A stretch of DNA of 64,000 bases from the human T2T-CHM13v2.0 reference genome, Homo sapiens (GCF_009914755.1 NC_060934.1), one strand, 5' to 3'. Positions 1 through 13,218 are shown, counted from the first letter of the stretch. Notes: generated by a model not told the origin, from the sequence alone. Made by a program: numbers and translations.

Positions 1-471
1 AAAGCACTTCGGAAGCCTCGTCAAATAAGGAAGTTTCTTGCTAAAAGGAAATAAACTGGAAGAGTAATAAGGTTCATAGTGCCTCAACAGGTTTAATTTC
101 ATTGCATATGTAATTTTATTTCAGTGTTTTCTTTTTAACTTAGACTAAACACAGAAGAGAATTATAGTGAAATAATTGACTGCATTTTGTGGCAAGGATG
201 GAAGGTGACTGTTTTCATCTGACCTGTAATATTAGTGTGCAGTTTGTATTTGGCAAAAAAAAAAAAAGTCCTCTGTTTAAACAGAAAAGTAAAAATACTA
301 TTTAAATTTCACCATCAAAGACAAATTTTGTCAGCCCAAAACATTTGTACATTTCATAAATCTTTGATCCAATTAAAAAATACTATTTAAGTCACAAATT
401 CGAGCGTCACTTATTGAAGGAAGAAAAGCAAAGTTATATATTATAATTCAATACTACTTTACTACTTCTAA

Positions 472-772
<301 letters not shown>

Positions 773-1430
773 TCAAAAATGAAATAAATGAAATGGAATG
801 AAATAAACTATCCCAGTGTATGGGTTGATAATGTAGTAACAAAATGGATGGACATGATGCTGGGCTTACAAATATTTGTATTAAAAACACCATTGTATTC
901 TCTCATTCAGTGCTTGACCTTTAGTGGCATTTGAATCAGTAAGCCTCAGGTGTGACATTTACTATTATTAACTTGCAGAGTTTATTTTTGAGAAACTTTC
1001 AGAAAATCTAAGTTTTTATTGTTGATTCCATTCCTCTGACAGACAAGAACTTGTTGGAATCAGTAAGATTGTAATCCACGATTTTAAGAAATTTGTCATG
1101 ATTTTTTTTAGCCGAGCTTATTTTATCAGGTTATTTTTAATATACTGTACTACAAGTCAGATTTATATTTATATCCAAGAATTGTTGTAATCTTCATTTT
1201 TTTTCTGCTTTACAAGTTCTTTAGATGTTATTTTTTAGTTTAGTGAAATTTTTCAAATATTCTCTACAGTTATTAATGCACATTTATACTTTGACCATAC
1301 CTGCCAAAAATAATGACTCATATTATTGCACAACATTGAAATAACTGAAGGAGAAATTAAAAGGCTTTAACCCGTATTTTAAATACCATCACCATTTTGT
1401 ATAGCACTATTCTTATAAAAATCACTTCCT

Positions 1431-1724
<294 letters not shown>

Positions 1725-1759
1725 TCAATTTCTTCCACAGGAGAAATGGAGCATAGTAT

Positions 1760-2066
1760 TTTATTTCTTTTTCTTTTTTTAGTTTAGGTGAGGTCTTACT
1801 CTGTTGCTCAGGCTGGAGTGTAGTAGTGTGTTCTCAGCTCACTGCAATCTCTGCCTCCTGGGTTGAAGTGATTCTCATGCCTCAGCCTCCCGAGTAGCTG
1901 AGATTACAGTCATATGCCACCATGCCTGGCTAATTTTTTTAGTTTTAGTAGAGATGGGGTTTCACTATGTTGGCCAGGCTGATCTTGCACTCTTGGCCTC
2001 AAGTGATCCACCCACCTAAGCCTCCCAAAGTGCTGGGATTACAGGCATGAGCCATGGTTCCCGGCT
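1760..2066 (-). mobile_element. Alu SINE (antisense)
   Basis: T-rich tail then reverse Alu ending cccaaagtgctgggattacaggcatgagcc...ccggct. Confidence 0.93.
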
Positions 2067-2370
2067 TAGTAATTCATTTTAATCCTAGTGTGCTTAATGG
2101 TAACCTCTCCTGATATCCATTTACAAATTCCAGCACCCAGTGGGCTAACACTGGAAATTCTGTGCATCAGAGAAAGTATATTACATTGTTCCTAGACTCA
2201 GTAGATCAGAGGCTGTGAGTAGAGCATTAGAGAAAAAAAAAAAATCTAAAAAATGAGGTAGTTAAAAGAAGGGACAGTAGTAACAATTTACTCCAGGAAG
2301 GAGGAAAGGTTTAAACTGCATTAGGTTAAGTAGGATTTATATTGGTGAAGAAGCTTTTGATGAGTTAAGG

Positions 2371-2901
2371 CAGGGGTCCTCAATCCCCGGGACAAGGACC
2401 GGACCAATACTGGTCAGTGGTCTGTTAGGAACTAGGCCACACAGCAGGAGGAAAGCAAGGGAAGCTTCATCTGTATTAACAGAGGCTTCCCATCACTCAC
2501 ATGACCGCCTGAGCTCCACCTCCTGTGAGATTAGCAGTGGCATAAGATTCTCATAGGGGCATGAACCCTATTGTGAACCGTGCATGCAAGAGATTTAGGT
2601 TGCATGCTCCTTAGGAGAATCTAATGCCTGATGATCTGTCACTGTCTCCCATCACCTCCAGATGGGACCGTCTAGTTGCAGGAAAACAAGCTCAGGGCTC
2701 CCACTGATTTTACATTATGGTGAGTTGTATAATTATTTAATTATATATTACAATGTGATAATAATAGTAATAAAGTGCCGAATAAATGTAATGTGCTTGA
2801 ATCATCTGAAACCATCCCCCTTCCCTCCCCCTCCCCTGGTCCATGAAAAAATTGTCTTCTGTGAAACTGGTCTGTGGTACCAGAAAGGTTGGGGACCCCT
2901 G
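2371..2901 (+). mobile_element. MER1A (hAT-Charlie non-autonomous DNA transposon)
   Basis: TIRs CAGGGGTCC...GGGGACCCCTG; 8-bp TSD agttaagg/agttaaga; ~530 bp. Confidence 0.88.
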
Positions 2902-3458
2902 AGTTAAGATACCAAAGTACAAGATCCTCTTAAAGGATCGTTGGGAGGCTGGCCTAACCTGGAGGAAGGGGAAGACATACAGATATAAATCTGTGGTTGA
3001 ACAAGCAAGTCTGGGCTAAAATGTGGAACTCTTTAAATGCTCGATCATGTTTAGTTTTCATTCAAAATACAATCAAAAGCTGCCACTGGAAGTCATTGAG
3101 CAAAGGCAAAGATTAGTACCCTTGATATAGTCGAGAATCTAGTTTCTAGCATAACTTAACAAAACTGAAGTTAGAGAATAAAGGAATTTTCCAAGGTGCA
3201 CAGTGGATAAAAAAAGTCCGGGGCCAAAAACAGAAACTTAAGACATATAATTTCGTCATCCAAAAATGGTTTTCTCCCCCTCAACGTTAATGCCACACCT
3301 GTCCTCTAAGCTATGTGAACTTATATAATTCAGCTTTAATACTTCAGTTTAGTCTTTAAATCTGTAAAATAGTGCATTATTTGCAGGCATGTTAAATTAT
3401 CAGGTGTTTAAATGATTAAATTTTTACCTCCTACACATTCTATTGTGACATTTTCTAG

Positions 3459-3590
3459 GGTTGTCTTCCTCTTGTGTTGATGTTTGATATGAAGGAAGAA
3501 ATTGAAGTAGATCCACAATTCATTGCGCAGTTGATGGAACAGCTTGATGTCTTCATCAGTATTAAACCAAAGCCCAAACAGCCAAGCAAG
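3459..3590 (+). CDS. BICC1: BICC1 coding exon 9 (132 nt, phase 0-0), KH-like region
   Basis: ttttctag|GGT...AAG|gttggt; translates GCLPLVLMFDMKEEIEVDPQFIAQLMEQLDVFISIKPKPKQPSK, recognised BICC1 sequence. Confidence 0.97.
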
Positions 3591-3698
3591 GTTGGTTCAG
3601 AGTCTGAATCCAGAGAATTATGTATCATATCATATGCTGTATAGTTTTATTTTGCATAGAAGTATTTATTTGCATATACATGAAACTGTTACTCTATA

Positions 3699-3910
3699 CA
3701 GGTTGAATATCCCCAATCCGGAATGCTCCAAAAGCTGAATCTTTTTTAGCACTGACATGACAGTCAAAGGAAATGCTCATTGGAGCATTTTAGATTTTGG
3801 ATTTTCATATTAGGGATGCCCAACCAGTGCAGATATTCCCAAATCCCCCAAAACCCCAAATCTAAAACACTTCTGGTCCCAGGCATTTCAGATAAGGGAA
3901 ACTCAACTTG
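3699..3910. mobile_element. Tigger4a-like MITE (TcMar-Tigger)
   Basis: TA|CAGGTTGAATATCCC...GGGAAACTCAACTTG|TA terminal inverted repeats, TA TSD. Confidence 0.85.
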
Positions 3911-4137
3911 TATAATATATATGTCATTATATATTTAGTTATCTAATATAAATTTGTAACAGTATTCATTATAGATCATCATTTTCTTTATATATGTGTT
4001 GGTTTTTGCAGTCCATTTAGAGTAACCATTATTTTTCCATAGTTAAATGAGAAGGAAAGAACATTTGTTCTTAATTTAGAATCTGGTAACTTGAAGCTTT
4101 TCTAAGTTACCCAAGAGTTGATAAGGCTACTTACATG

Positions 4138-4140
<3 letters not shown>

Positions 4141-4187
<47 letters not shown>
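4141..4187. repeat. (TG)23 microsatellite
   Basis: direct reading. Confidence 0.98.
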
Positions 4188-4189
<2 letters not shown>

Positions 4190-4397
4190 ATGCCCAGTGT
4201 AATTCAGAAATTGTTTAGACTACTTACTATATGCCATCTCCTGCGCAAGCTGGAGAGTTAAAGAAGAGGTGCCTGTGCTTTTTTGTAAATACTTTAAGGA
4301 CTGAACTGTCTCAAGTTCAGCGTTCTTGGAATCTCTCCTCAGAGTGTTGTAAAATTTCAGTAACTACATGTAGAGTAAAAATTTAATGGAATAAATG

Positions 4398-4696
4398 TTT
4401 TTTTTTTTTTTCTGAGACAGGGTCTCACTTTATCACCAAGGCTGGAGTACAGTGGTGTGATCGTGGCTTACTGCAGCCTCGACTTCCTGAGCTCAGGTGG
4501 TTCTCCCACCTCAGCCTCCCGAGTAGCTGGGACCACAGGCATGTGCCACCACACCTGGCTAATGTTTTGTACTTTTTGTAGAAATGGGGTTTGGCCATGT
4601 TGCCCAGGCTGGTCTTGAACTCCTGCGCTCAAGCAATCCACCCACCACAGCCTCCCAAAGTGCTGGGATTACAGGTGTGAGTCACTGTCTCCGGCT
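4398..4696 (-). mobile_element. AluJ-type SINE (antisense)
   Basis: reverse Alu; TSD gaataaatgttt/gaataaatcttt. Confidence 0.92.
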
Positions 4697-6316
4697 CAGA
4701 ATAAATCTTTTATTAAGTGCTAGTAAGAATGAGGAAAGAGGAATGTTTCTACATTAGTATTGTTGTTTAAACTAGCACAGCCACTTTGAAGAGCGATTTC
4801 TGATCATCGCATTATTCTAAGATATTGATTACCCTACCTGCAGTAGTTCTACTTCTGATTATACACTCTGAAAACACCTTTGCACCAAGAGACAACACGA
4901 GAATGGTGTTGAGTAAAAAAAGTATATTGCATCGTAGTATGTAGTCAATGGCAGCATTTTTGTGTATATATATGTCTGTACATTTTTAAGTATAAAGCAT
5001 TGTTTAGAAGGATGCACACAAAAATCATGATGAGTTGCCTTTGGGGCAATAGAAAGGAAAATGGAACAAAGTAAACAAGGGAGATGTTCTATTTATTTAA
5101 CAAAAATCCGAAATAAGAAAATAACACCATTTTTAAATTTTGAAACTATAAATCTTATATGCATAGAATGGTGTATATATAATATGTATTTTATATAATT
5201 TGGTATATGTAAATAATGTGGTAATCGCTGTCCAACTGAAGAAAAATGATCTTGCCTTCTCCCAAAGAAAACTTTAAAGGAAAAGATAGCATTGATTCTA
5301 AGTGAACTTGATATAATTAGTTTAAAGTTAGGGAACAGGACATTAATTTTATGTATCGTGAAGCTTCATGTGTGACTAATTTGAGTTGACCAGAGTCACT
5401 GTAGATACCAGGACTAAAAGATAAAGACAGGAGAGACATTAGAGGGCTTGTGCATATTAAGATGGACAGTCAGAAGAATTCCAGGAGTTCAGTAAGAAAT
5501 GAGCAGAAGTCAGGGAAAAATAGATTGTAAATGAGAACTCCAGAGCCTTGCAGCATCCCAGGGCCATTTAATTATGCCCAGCTGGCCCACATTCTAACTA
5601 CTGCTTTAACTGCTTTCTCAGCCACAATTTTTTTTTTTTTTGGTCCATTGAGGGCTTTCCCCTTTGAGTTCACATTTCAAATTTTCTTGATGAGTCCATT
5701 GTGAAAGAAAAATGATTTATTATTTAGAATTTTTTTTACCATAAGCTTTGCCATAGATATGTCACCAATGAGGGATAGTCATACCTCAAGGTCTATTAGC
5801 TAACTAGTAAACCATAAATGTCAAACATAAGTGATGATGATGATGCAGTTTATATGTGGTCACAAGTTTGATTTGGTATGTAATGACAAGATGCAAGGGG
5901 GAAGCTTTAGTGTAAAGATGAGGGGCTGTAAAAAGGGAACCCAGGTTCCCATCCTCTTGCTGTCTCTTCACAGCTGTGCCTTGACCTGGGCTAAGTCCCT
6001 TAACTTCACTGAATATGAGTAATGATTCCCACCCTATAAGGTTTTGCTGAGAATAGGAACATATATGCAGCTACTATCACAGCTCCTGGAACCCAGAACA
6101 TGCCCAATAAATGGTAACCAATAATTTAGGGTTTTGCCAGAAGGAGTAATCTTAAGCACGAAGTGGTTAGAATTTGCAGATGATTTAAAAGCAGCATTGA
6201 TATGTCCCCTGAGTGGAATTCTTATTAGCGTATTCATTTTCCACCTCCCTCCCCTCCCCCATTCATTGTAGACTACTTGCATGTCACCTTTTTTCCCCCA
6301 TTATGTGTTTTCATAG

Positions 6317-6503
6317 TCTGTGATTGTGAAAAGTGTTGAGCGAAATGCCTTAAATATGTATGAAGCAAGGAAATGTCTCCTCGGACTTGAAAGCAGTGGG
6401 GTTACCATAGCAACCAGTCCATCCCCAGCATCCTGCCCTGCCGGCCTGGCATGTCCCAGCCTGGATATCTTAGCTTCAGCAGGCCTTGGACTCACTGGAC
6501 TAG
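6317..6503 (+). CDS. BICC1: BICC1 coding exon 10 (187 nt, phase 0-1)
   Basis: ttttcatag|TCT...CTAG|gtatac; SVIVKSVERNALNMYEARKCLLGLESSGVT...AGLGLTGL; overlaps ORF 6320..6592. Confidence 0.97.
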
Positions 6504-7294
6504 GTATACAATTTATTATTACAGCGCGTCTCAGTCACTGGGGAAATGCTTGTCTGGTTCCCTTTCTTTCTACCATTCGGGTCTACATTTAAAGGCTATT
6601 TTTTTTTCCTTTGGGCTCTAAGATCAGATGAAAAGCCATACAACCTGAATCAATCCATTTTGGGGTTTCTTAGTCTCTGTGGATTTGTTACCCAGATTCT
6701 TCCCATGTTTGCATAAATAATCAAGGTCTGACTATTTTATTTTCGGTGGCTGTGTTTGTTCTAAATTAAGAATGCCATTGAGATTGAAGTAAGCATGCTG
6801 ACTGTAATTTATGTTTGTTCTCTCCTGCATTTGCAATATTGTCTTCAGTCCCTAGAGATAAAGATTATCCAGTTTGCTTTTTAAAAAGTAATTGCAAATC
6901 TGTATGAGGGGTGGGGAGGGGGGTGAAAATAAGCAGAACCCGCATCTCCAGTGGTTAGGCCTGCCTTGCCTAGATACAAAGGAAATCTAGTCAGAGGCCA
7001 GACCTGTATTTCTGTCTAACGTGAGGAATAGAAAATAGAAGAATGAACAAACGTCATCATCTCAGAGCTTTAGTCAAGAAAGTAGAATGAGCTGTTTAAT
7101 AGTCATGGTGATATTTATGTCCTCATCTATGGATTGCTATTTTATAGGCTGAAGTTAATTGCTGTATTACAGTTTTGCTAGATTTATTTCTTTCCTGCAC
7201 ATTTCTCAGTTGCATTTATTTTCCTTAATCAGTACTCCTAGAAAATCATCCTGGGTCATTCAGTGTTGATTTGAGACAAAAAAGAATACTCTCA

Positions 7295-7366
7295 GCAGTC
7301 TTTAAAATTTTTTTTCCAATAGCTATTCTTGCAGTCTTTAAAATTTTTTTTCCAATAGCTATTCTT
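7295..7366. repeat. Perfect 36-bp tandem duplication
   Basis: gcagtctttaaaattttttttccaatagctattctt x2. Confidence 0.95.
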
Positions 7367-8375
7367 GCTTTTAACTTTTAAGAAGTTTAATGCTCTTATA
7401 TGATTGATTTTCCAAGTAGCCCTGCCTAGACATCATTAAAGAAAGATTTTTTTTGTATCTTGGCCCCTAATCTACCAAAGTTGTTCCTTCCACTGGGACC
7501 TGAACAGAGTCATAACAACATAGCAATGACTGTGAGTCAGGAAATGCCAATTAGGTAACTTAGCAGGAACCTAGTTCATCCTGCACTACAGAGAAAACAA
7601 GTGAGCAAAGATTCACTAACTGAATTTTTAAAATGTTTTCATTGCTATACCTATCCTGTTATATACTTTATGCTTTATATGTATTCCTGGAAACTTGTAT
7701 ACAAATCCACATTTCATTCTAGAACATATTTTAAATGCCCAAAGGAAAATTTCATTATTTAAATCAAGCATTGACTCCTTAGAACAACAACAACAACAAC
7801 CAAAAAAAAACAGTATTTTTTTCTGAGGAAATTTTCATCATTGAGATGGAGCCCAGGGAAGTCATGTATATGTTTTGAGATACATTTAGGAACTGTTCTG
7901 GTAGCCTACCCTATCTGCAGCGGGGACAAATAGATCTATCCTACCACAGGAAAGCATTCCCTAGTCGCTGCTACATGTGAGTAGTTTGAAAAGGGTTTGT
8001 TTGTAAGCAGATGACAAATGAGTTATGCAGAAGAATAAAAATGAGTTTCCACTTGAGCAGAATTTTGTTCATCCTGGGTAGCTGACATGAATGCAAGCAC
8101 CTGGTGATGTTCAATGACCCTAACTGCCATCCTGGTCTGGGCACACCTATCTTCCATTTTCTGATAGCAACTCTTTGTGGATAAGCTGCTTCCTCTGTTG
8201 GAGCTGTATGATGCAAAACTCATGTGAGTATTTGAAAGAAAATCTGTCATCCATATTTTATATTTAGAAAATATCAGATTATATCATTGTGCATTCCCAA
8301 TGGCAATATTGGTGCCATCTCTATTTTAAAATCTTAAATTTTTGTGAATTGACTTTATATATTCATTTATTACAG

Positions 8376-8537
8376 GTCTTTTGGGACCCACCACCTTATC
8401 TCTGAACACTTCAACAACCCCAAACTCACTCTTGAATGCTCTTAATAGCTCAGTCAGTCCTTTGCAAAGTCCAAGTTCTGGTACACCCAGCCCCACATTA
8501 TGGGCACCCCCACTTGCTAATACTTCAAGTGCCACAG
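8376..8537 (+). CDS. BICC1: BICC1 coding exon 11 (162 nt, phase 1-1)
   Basis: ttattacag|GT...ACAG|gtcagt; GLLGPTTLSLNTSTTPNSLL...PPLANTSSAT. Confidence 0.97.
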
Positions 8538-9032
8538 GTCAGTATCATTTAAGTATATTCCAAGTTGTGTATTCTTAGGTGTTACCAGTTTTTTAAATAA
8601 AATTTACGAAGGGCTCAGTTTTCTTAAGGCAAAATTAGGGTTCAAAGCATACTCCATTGAAACAGAAATTCCCTGATATGTAAATTAGTTAAAATGAAGA
8701 ACAGCAAAGCAGTTTGAGTTTTTCATACAACTGAAATACCATCTTCAAATGTGATAAACAGACCTGGTAGTTAGGTTCTAGTTGGAGTAACTTGCTGGTA
8801 GTCATTTACATCTGTACAATGAGAGGGTTGGATTAAATATTCTCTATGATATTGTCCGATTTTAACACTCTTTTGTGTTTTTATAGTAAATAGTACCTCT
8901 GTTTACAGAGGTGTCAAAATTGAATTCTTTTCTGAACTTGCAGCAACAAAAATGATATTTTTATTGTTAATAAAAATAATAGTTGAATCTGAGTTTCTTC
9001 CTAATATCTGTCATCATAAAATGTTGTTGTAG

Positions 9033-9229
9033 GTTTTTCTGCTATACCACACCTTATGATTCCATCTACTGCCCAAGCCACATTAACTAATATTTTGTTG
9101 TCTGGAGTGCCCACCTATGGGCACACAGCTCCATCTCCCCCTCCTGGCTTGACTCCTGTTGATGTCCATATCAACAGTATGCAGACCGAAGGCAAAAAAA
9201 TCTCTGCTGCTTTAAATGGACATGCACAG
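9033..9229 (+). CDS. BICC1: BICC1 coding exon 12 (197 nt, phase 1-0)
   Basis: gttgtag|GT...CAG|gtaatg; GFSAIPHLMIPSTAQATLTN...ALNGHAQ. Confidence 0.97.
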
Positions 9230-9245
9230 GTAATGGCCTTCTGCC

Positions 9246-9371
9246 AGAATGTGTGTGTGATCTCTACTGTTTGTAAGAGACAAACCCCTGGTAAAGTTAA
9301 AACATGCTAGAATGTGTGTGTGTGATCTCTGCTGTTTGTAAGAGATAAACCCCTGGTAAAGTTAAAACATG
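9246..9371. repeat. ~63-bp tandem duplication
   Basis: agaatgtgtgtgtgatctct(a/g)ctgtttgtaagaga(c/t)aaacccctggtaaagttaaaacatg x2. Confidence 0.95.
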
Positions 9372-9394
9372 TTTAAACTTTCACCTAAAATGAA

Positions 9395-10122
9395 TTTTAT
9401 TTATTTTTTTCAACTTTTATTTTAGGTTTAGGGGGCACATATGCAGGTTTGTTACATGGGGAAATTGCATATTTAACCAATCTTGAGTTAATTTTTATAT
9501 ATGGTGAAAGGTAGGGGTCTGGTTTCATTCTTCTGTATATGGCTAGCCAGTTTTCCCAGCGCCAGTTATTGAACATGGATTCCTTTCCGTATTGCTTGTT
9601 ATTGTCGACTCTATTGAAGATCAGATGGTTGTAGGTGTGCAGCTTTATTTCTGGATTCTCTATTCCGTTCCCTTGGTCTATATTTCTATTTTTTTTTTAT
9701 GCCAGTACCATGCTGTTTGGTTTCTGTAGCCTCGTAGTATAGTTTGAAGTCAGGTAGTATGATGCCTCTAGCTTTATTCTTTTTGCTTAAGATTGCTTTG
9801 GCTATTTGGGCTCTTGTTTGGTTCCATATGAATTTTAGAATAGTTTTTTCTATTTCTGGGAAAAATTATGTTTGTAGTGTGATAGGAATAGCATTGAATC
9901 TGTATATTACTTTGGGCAGTATGGCCAGTTTAATGATATTGATTCTCCTGATCCCTGAGAATGGGATGTTTTTCCATTTGTTTGTATCACCTACAATTTC
10001 TTTCAGCAGTGTTTTGTAGTTCTCCTTGTAGATATATTTCATCTCCTTAGTTAGAAGTATTCCAGGGTGGTTTTCTTTTTCGTGGCTGTTATAAATGGGA
10101 TTGTGTTCTTGATTTGACTCTC
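9395..10122 (-). mobile_element. Old primate L1 (L1PA/PB) fragment, antisense, internally deleted
   Basis: L1 3' end (catatgcaggtttgttacatg) joined near 9470 to ORF2 sequence (ggctagccagttttcccagc, gtatagtttgaagtcaggtag); ORF 9744..10019 is the usual L1 antisense peptide. Confidence 0.88.
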
Positions 10123-10170
10123 TGTAAAATTGTGACCATATTTATACATTATTTTCTATTATTATTTTAG

Positions 10171-10303
10171 TCTCCAGATATAAAATATGGTGCAATATCC
10201 ACTTCATCACTTGGAGAAAAAGTGCTGAGTGCAAATCACGGGGATCCGTCCATCCAGACAAGTGGGTCTGAGCAGACATCTCCCAAATCAAGCCCCACTG
10301 AAG
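10171..10303 (+). CDS. BICC1: BICC1 coding exon 13 (133 nt, phase 0-1)
   Basis: attattttag|TCT...GAAG|gtcggg; SPDIKYGAISTSSLGEKVLSANHGDPSIQTSGSEQTSPKSSPTE; not in ORF track. Confidence 0.95.
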
Positions 10304-10866
10304 GTCGGGAACTGTACCCTTCTGAAATTCATTTTGGTTGTTATTTGGAAAAAGGAGGTTGTAGAGAGTCTATGCAGTGATTTTTGAGTTGGTTTTGCTA
10401 AACAGCTATCATTCATCCTACCTCAATTATGTGGAAAGACAACATCCTGAATAAAATTTCAAAGAGCATGGTGAAAGATTAACTGAAAAGCACTTTCCAC
10501 AGAAATAATCATTTCCCCATTACATTGTAAGTTCCTGAATTAAAGTGAAGCTAATTGTGCAGCAGAAAAGCATCAACTTACTAAATGTTATATATATAGT
10601 TCCCCCAAGTAGAGTATCTTTTTATAACCTTTTTACCCACCCCCTGCCCCACCAAATCTTTAAAATATATGCGGGTCTTCTCTTCAAATTGAGTTTTTGT
10701 GACAACCTGAACTTGTTAAGGTGTTTCTTTGCAGATGGAAGAGGTCTCTGTCAGGTTAATCATGTCTCCATAGAGTAGGGTTCTGATTTGTTTCCATTGC
10801 AGATAATTGTCAACTGGAAGGTGATGTTGTTTAGGTGTTTCACTTTTTTTTCCTTTTCCTCTGCAG

Positions 10867-11023
10867 GTTGTAATGATGCTTTTGTTGAAGTAGGCATGCC
10901 TCGAAGTCCTTCCCATTCTGGGAATGCTGGTGACTTGAAACAGATGATGTGTCCCTCCAAGGTTTCCTGTGCCAAAAGGCAGACAGTGGAACTATTGCAA
11001 GGCACGAAAAACTCACACTTACA
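10867..11023 (+). CDS. BICC1: BICC1 coding exon 14 (157 nt, phase 1-2)
   Basis: tcctctgcag|GT...TTACA|gtatgt; GCNDAFVEVGMPRSPSHSG...GTKNSHL. Confidence 0.97.
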
Positions 11024-12769
11024 GTATGTATTTTAATCTTTAAAGAGCCCTTGATATTTTGAAATGATATATATTTGTTCTCAACTCTATAGTTAGTACT
11101 CTTTGATTCAAGTCATGTTTGATCTCATCCATGGGTGTTTTCATTTTAACTTTTTTAAAAAAAATATTAAGGAATAATATCTGTTAATTTTCACCCTTCT
11201 CTGTCTTCTCTATAGTCCCTTCCCCATTTAATGAATTGATTTATATCTGTGTCCTCTAAACCGTCTGTATTACTCTGAAACTGTAGCATTCTCTCTGCTC
11301 TTCAGTAATCAGCAGGGCCATTTTTATTCTCTGATTTTTGCTGTTAGAAATTTTCCCACTGTGAATTCTCCTTCATTTGGCTTTGAATTTCTTTCTTACT
11401 GTGGCTCTCTTTTTTCCCAAGGTAGTTAATTGCAAACTTTTAAATAAATGCTTGACATTATCATGACTTTGTTTATTCCAAATCACTTTGGTTATAAATA
11501 CATAAGTTGTATTAAATATTAAATATAACTCTTCCTTACCATAGCACAGTTAAAGTATGTCATCCTTACTCTTTTTTTTTTCCTCCATGTATTTTGGACA
11601 GTCTCTACAATGTAAGGTTTTGTTCCCACCTATTCCGTCCACCTGATTTCCTCTGCTGTCTTATTAGTTCCTGGTATACCCTTCTAGAGTGTCTTTATGC
11701 AAAGATTAGCGTACATGGTTTTATTTCCTCCCATTCTTATTAAAATCCATTTTCCTTTATAAACTCTTTGGTCAATCATTATTACCCACCGTTGTCCAGT
11801 TCTCCTTTATCTGTGTTTTTCTTTACATGGAGCTAATACCCAAAATTAATGTTCTCATTATAGGCTAGAGAAACAGTTTTACTTCCTTGAAACTATTGAA
11901 GCATTTAAAATAGATACGTATTCTTGTCATCACTGAGTATGTCCTGAACCTTCTTATCATCATCTTCTGGCTTAAGCTGCAGCCTCCAGAAAGGTCTCCC
12001 TGCCTCCAGTCTTTTATTAGCTTGATCTATCCTTTATTTTGCTTCAGCAATTTACTTTCGAAAACAGGTCTAATCTTGTCACACTCTGGCTTCAAATCAC
12101 CAATGGTCTGTGTTGCCTGCTTCCTTTCCTTTACTTATGCTCTTCCCTCTGAGTTGCTGTTCTCCTGACCTTTGGCACCAGACAACTTGCAGATGCTCTT
12201 AAGTTCCCAGGTCAAATGTCCTTTGTGTAGCCTCTGTCAACTTTTGTCAAGCAAAGTTCATTGTCCCTCTTTTTGTATTCCCCAAGTACTTTTCTAAATT
12301 CCTCTAAATTCCCTTGGCACAGCAGCTGAGTAGTTGAACAAATAAAATCATGAATGAATAAACAAAACAGTACTTGATTGATATTGCAATCCCTATTTTG
12401 AGCCTAAGGTGCAGTTAGATTTGAACTTGTGGTGCATGCATTCTGTACATACCATGTGTTGTAATTCACATATTTGCTGCTCTAAGAAGCACTTTTACGC
12501 TCTGCCTGTCCCCCTCAACAGACTTTGAAGAATATTTCTTATTTATCTGCTACATTTTATTTGTTACCATCATATACATATTTCATACACACGAATTGGA
12601 TCATCTACATCCCTTCAAATTGACTGGATCTCTGTTTGGACTTTGCATGGATGAATCATTGATATCTCCTTGATGTATAAAAATTAGAAATCTCATCTGT
12701 ACATCTATTCCACCTATATCATATGCAGTATACCATATATACTATATATACTGTGTTTGAATGTGCATC

Positions 12770-12990
12770 ATGAAATAGTTTCAAGCTTTAGCCCTACAGT
12801 CAGAGTGCCCAATTTCAAATTCCATCTCTACCATTCACATTAGAGGTATGACCTTGGACAATATACTTCCTTCATCCACAAAGTGGGGATAACAGTAGTA
12901 CCTGTGTCATAGCATTGTTGTGAGGATTAAATGAGAGACTACGTGTAAATAGCTGATGATGATAAACATGCATAGTAAATGTGGCATGTA
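12770..12990 (+). mobile_element. MIR SINE
   Basis: core gtatgaccttggacaa...gggataacagtagtacctgtgtcatagcattgttgtgaggattaaatgag. Confidence 0.75.
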
Positions 12991-13052
12991 GGAAACATTC
13001 AGTACATTTGTATATATAGTGGAGTGTTAAATTCCACACTCTTATTTCACAG

Positions 13053-13218
13053 CAGCACTGACAGGTTGCTCTCAGACCCTGAACTGAGTGCTACCGAAAG
13101 CCCTTTGGCTGACAAGAAGGCTCCAGGGAGTGAGCGCGCTGCAGAGAGGGCAGCAGCTGCCCAGCAAAACTCCGAAAGGGCCCACCTTGCTCCACGGTCA
13201 TCATATGTCAACATGCAG
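13053..13218 (+). CDS. BICC1: BICC1 coding exon 15 (166 nt, phase 2-0)
   Basis: tttcacag|CAGCACT...CAG|gtaatg; HSTDRLLSDPELSATESPLADKKAPGSERAAE...SYVNMQ. Confidence 0.97.

Noticed and set aside
776-810. GAAAT/GGAAT-like run resembling satellite II/III
   Set aside because: Only ~35 nt; best explained as a decayed Alu tail
6908-6924. G-rich tract as a G-quadruplex
   Set aside because: Only three separate G runs
10803-10820. In-frame 18-nt micro-exon candidate (cattgcag|ATAATTGTCAACTGGAAG|gtgatg, DNCQLE) before exon 14
   Set aside because: Would leave a 46-nt intron, below the usual minimum; as an alternative acceptor it shifts the frame
10735-10866. Upstream in-phase acceptor (tttgcag) extending exon 14
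   Set aside because: In-frame TAG at 10776-10778; no other support
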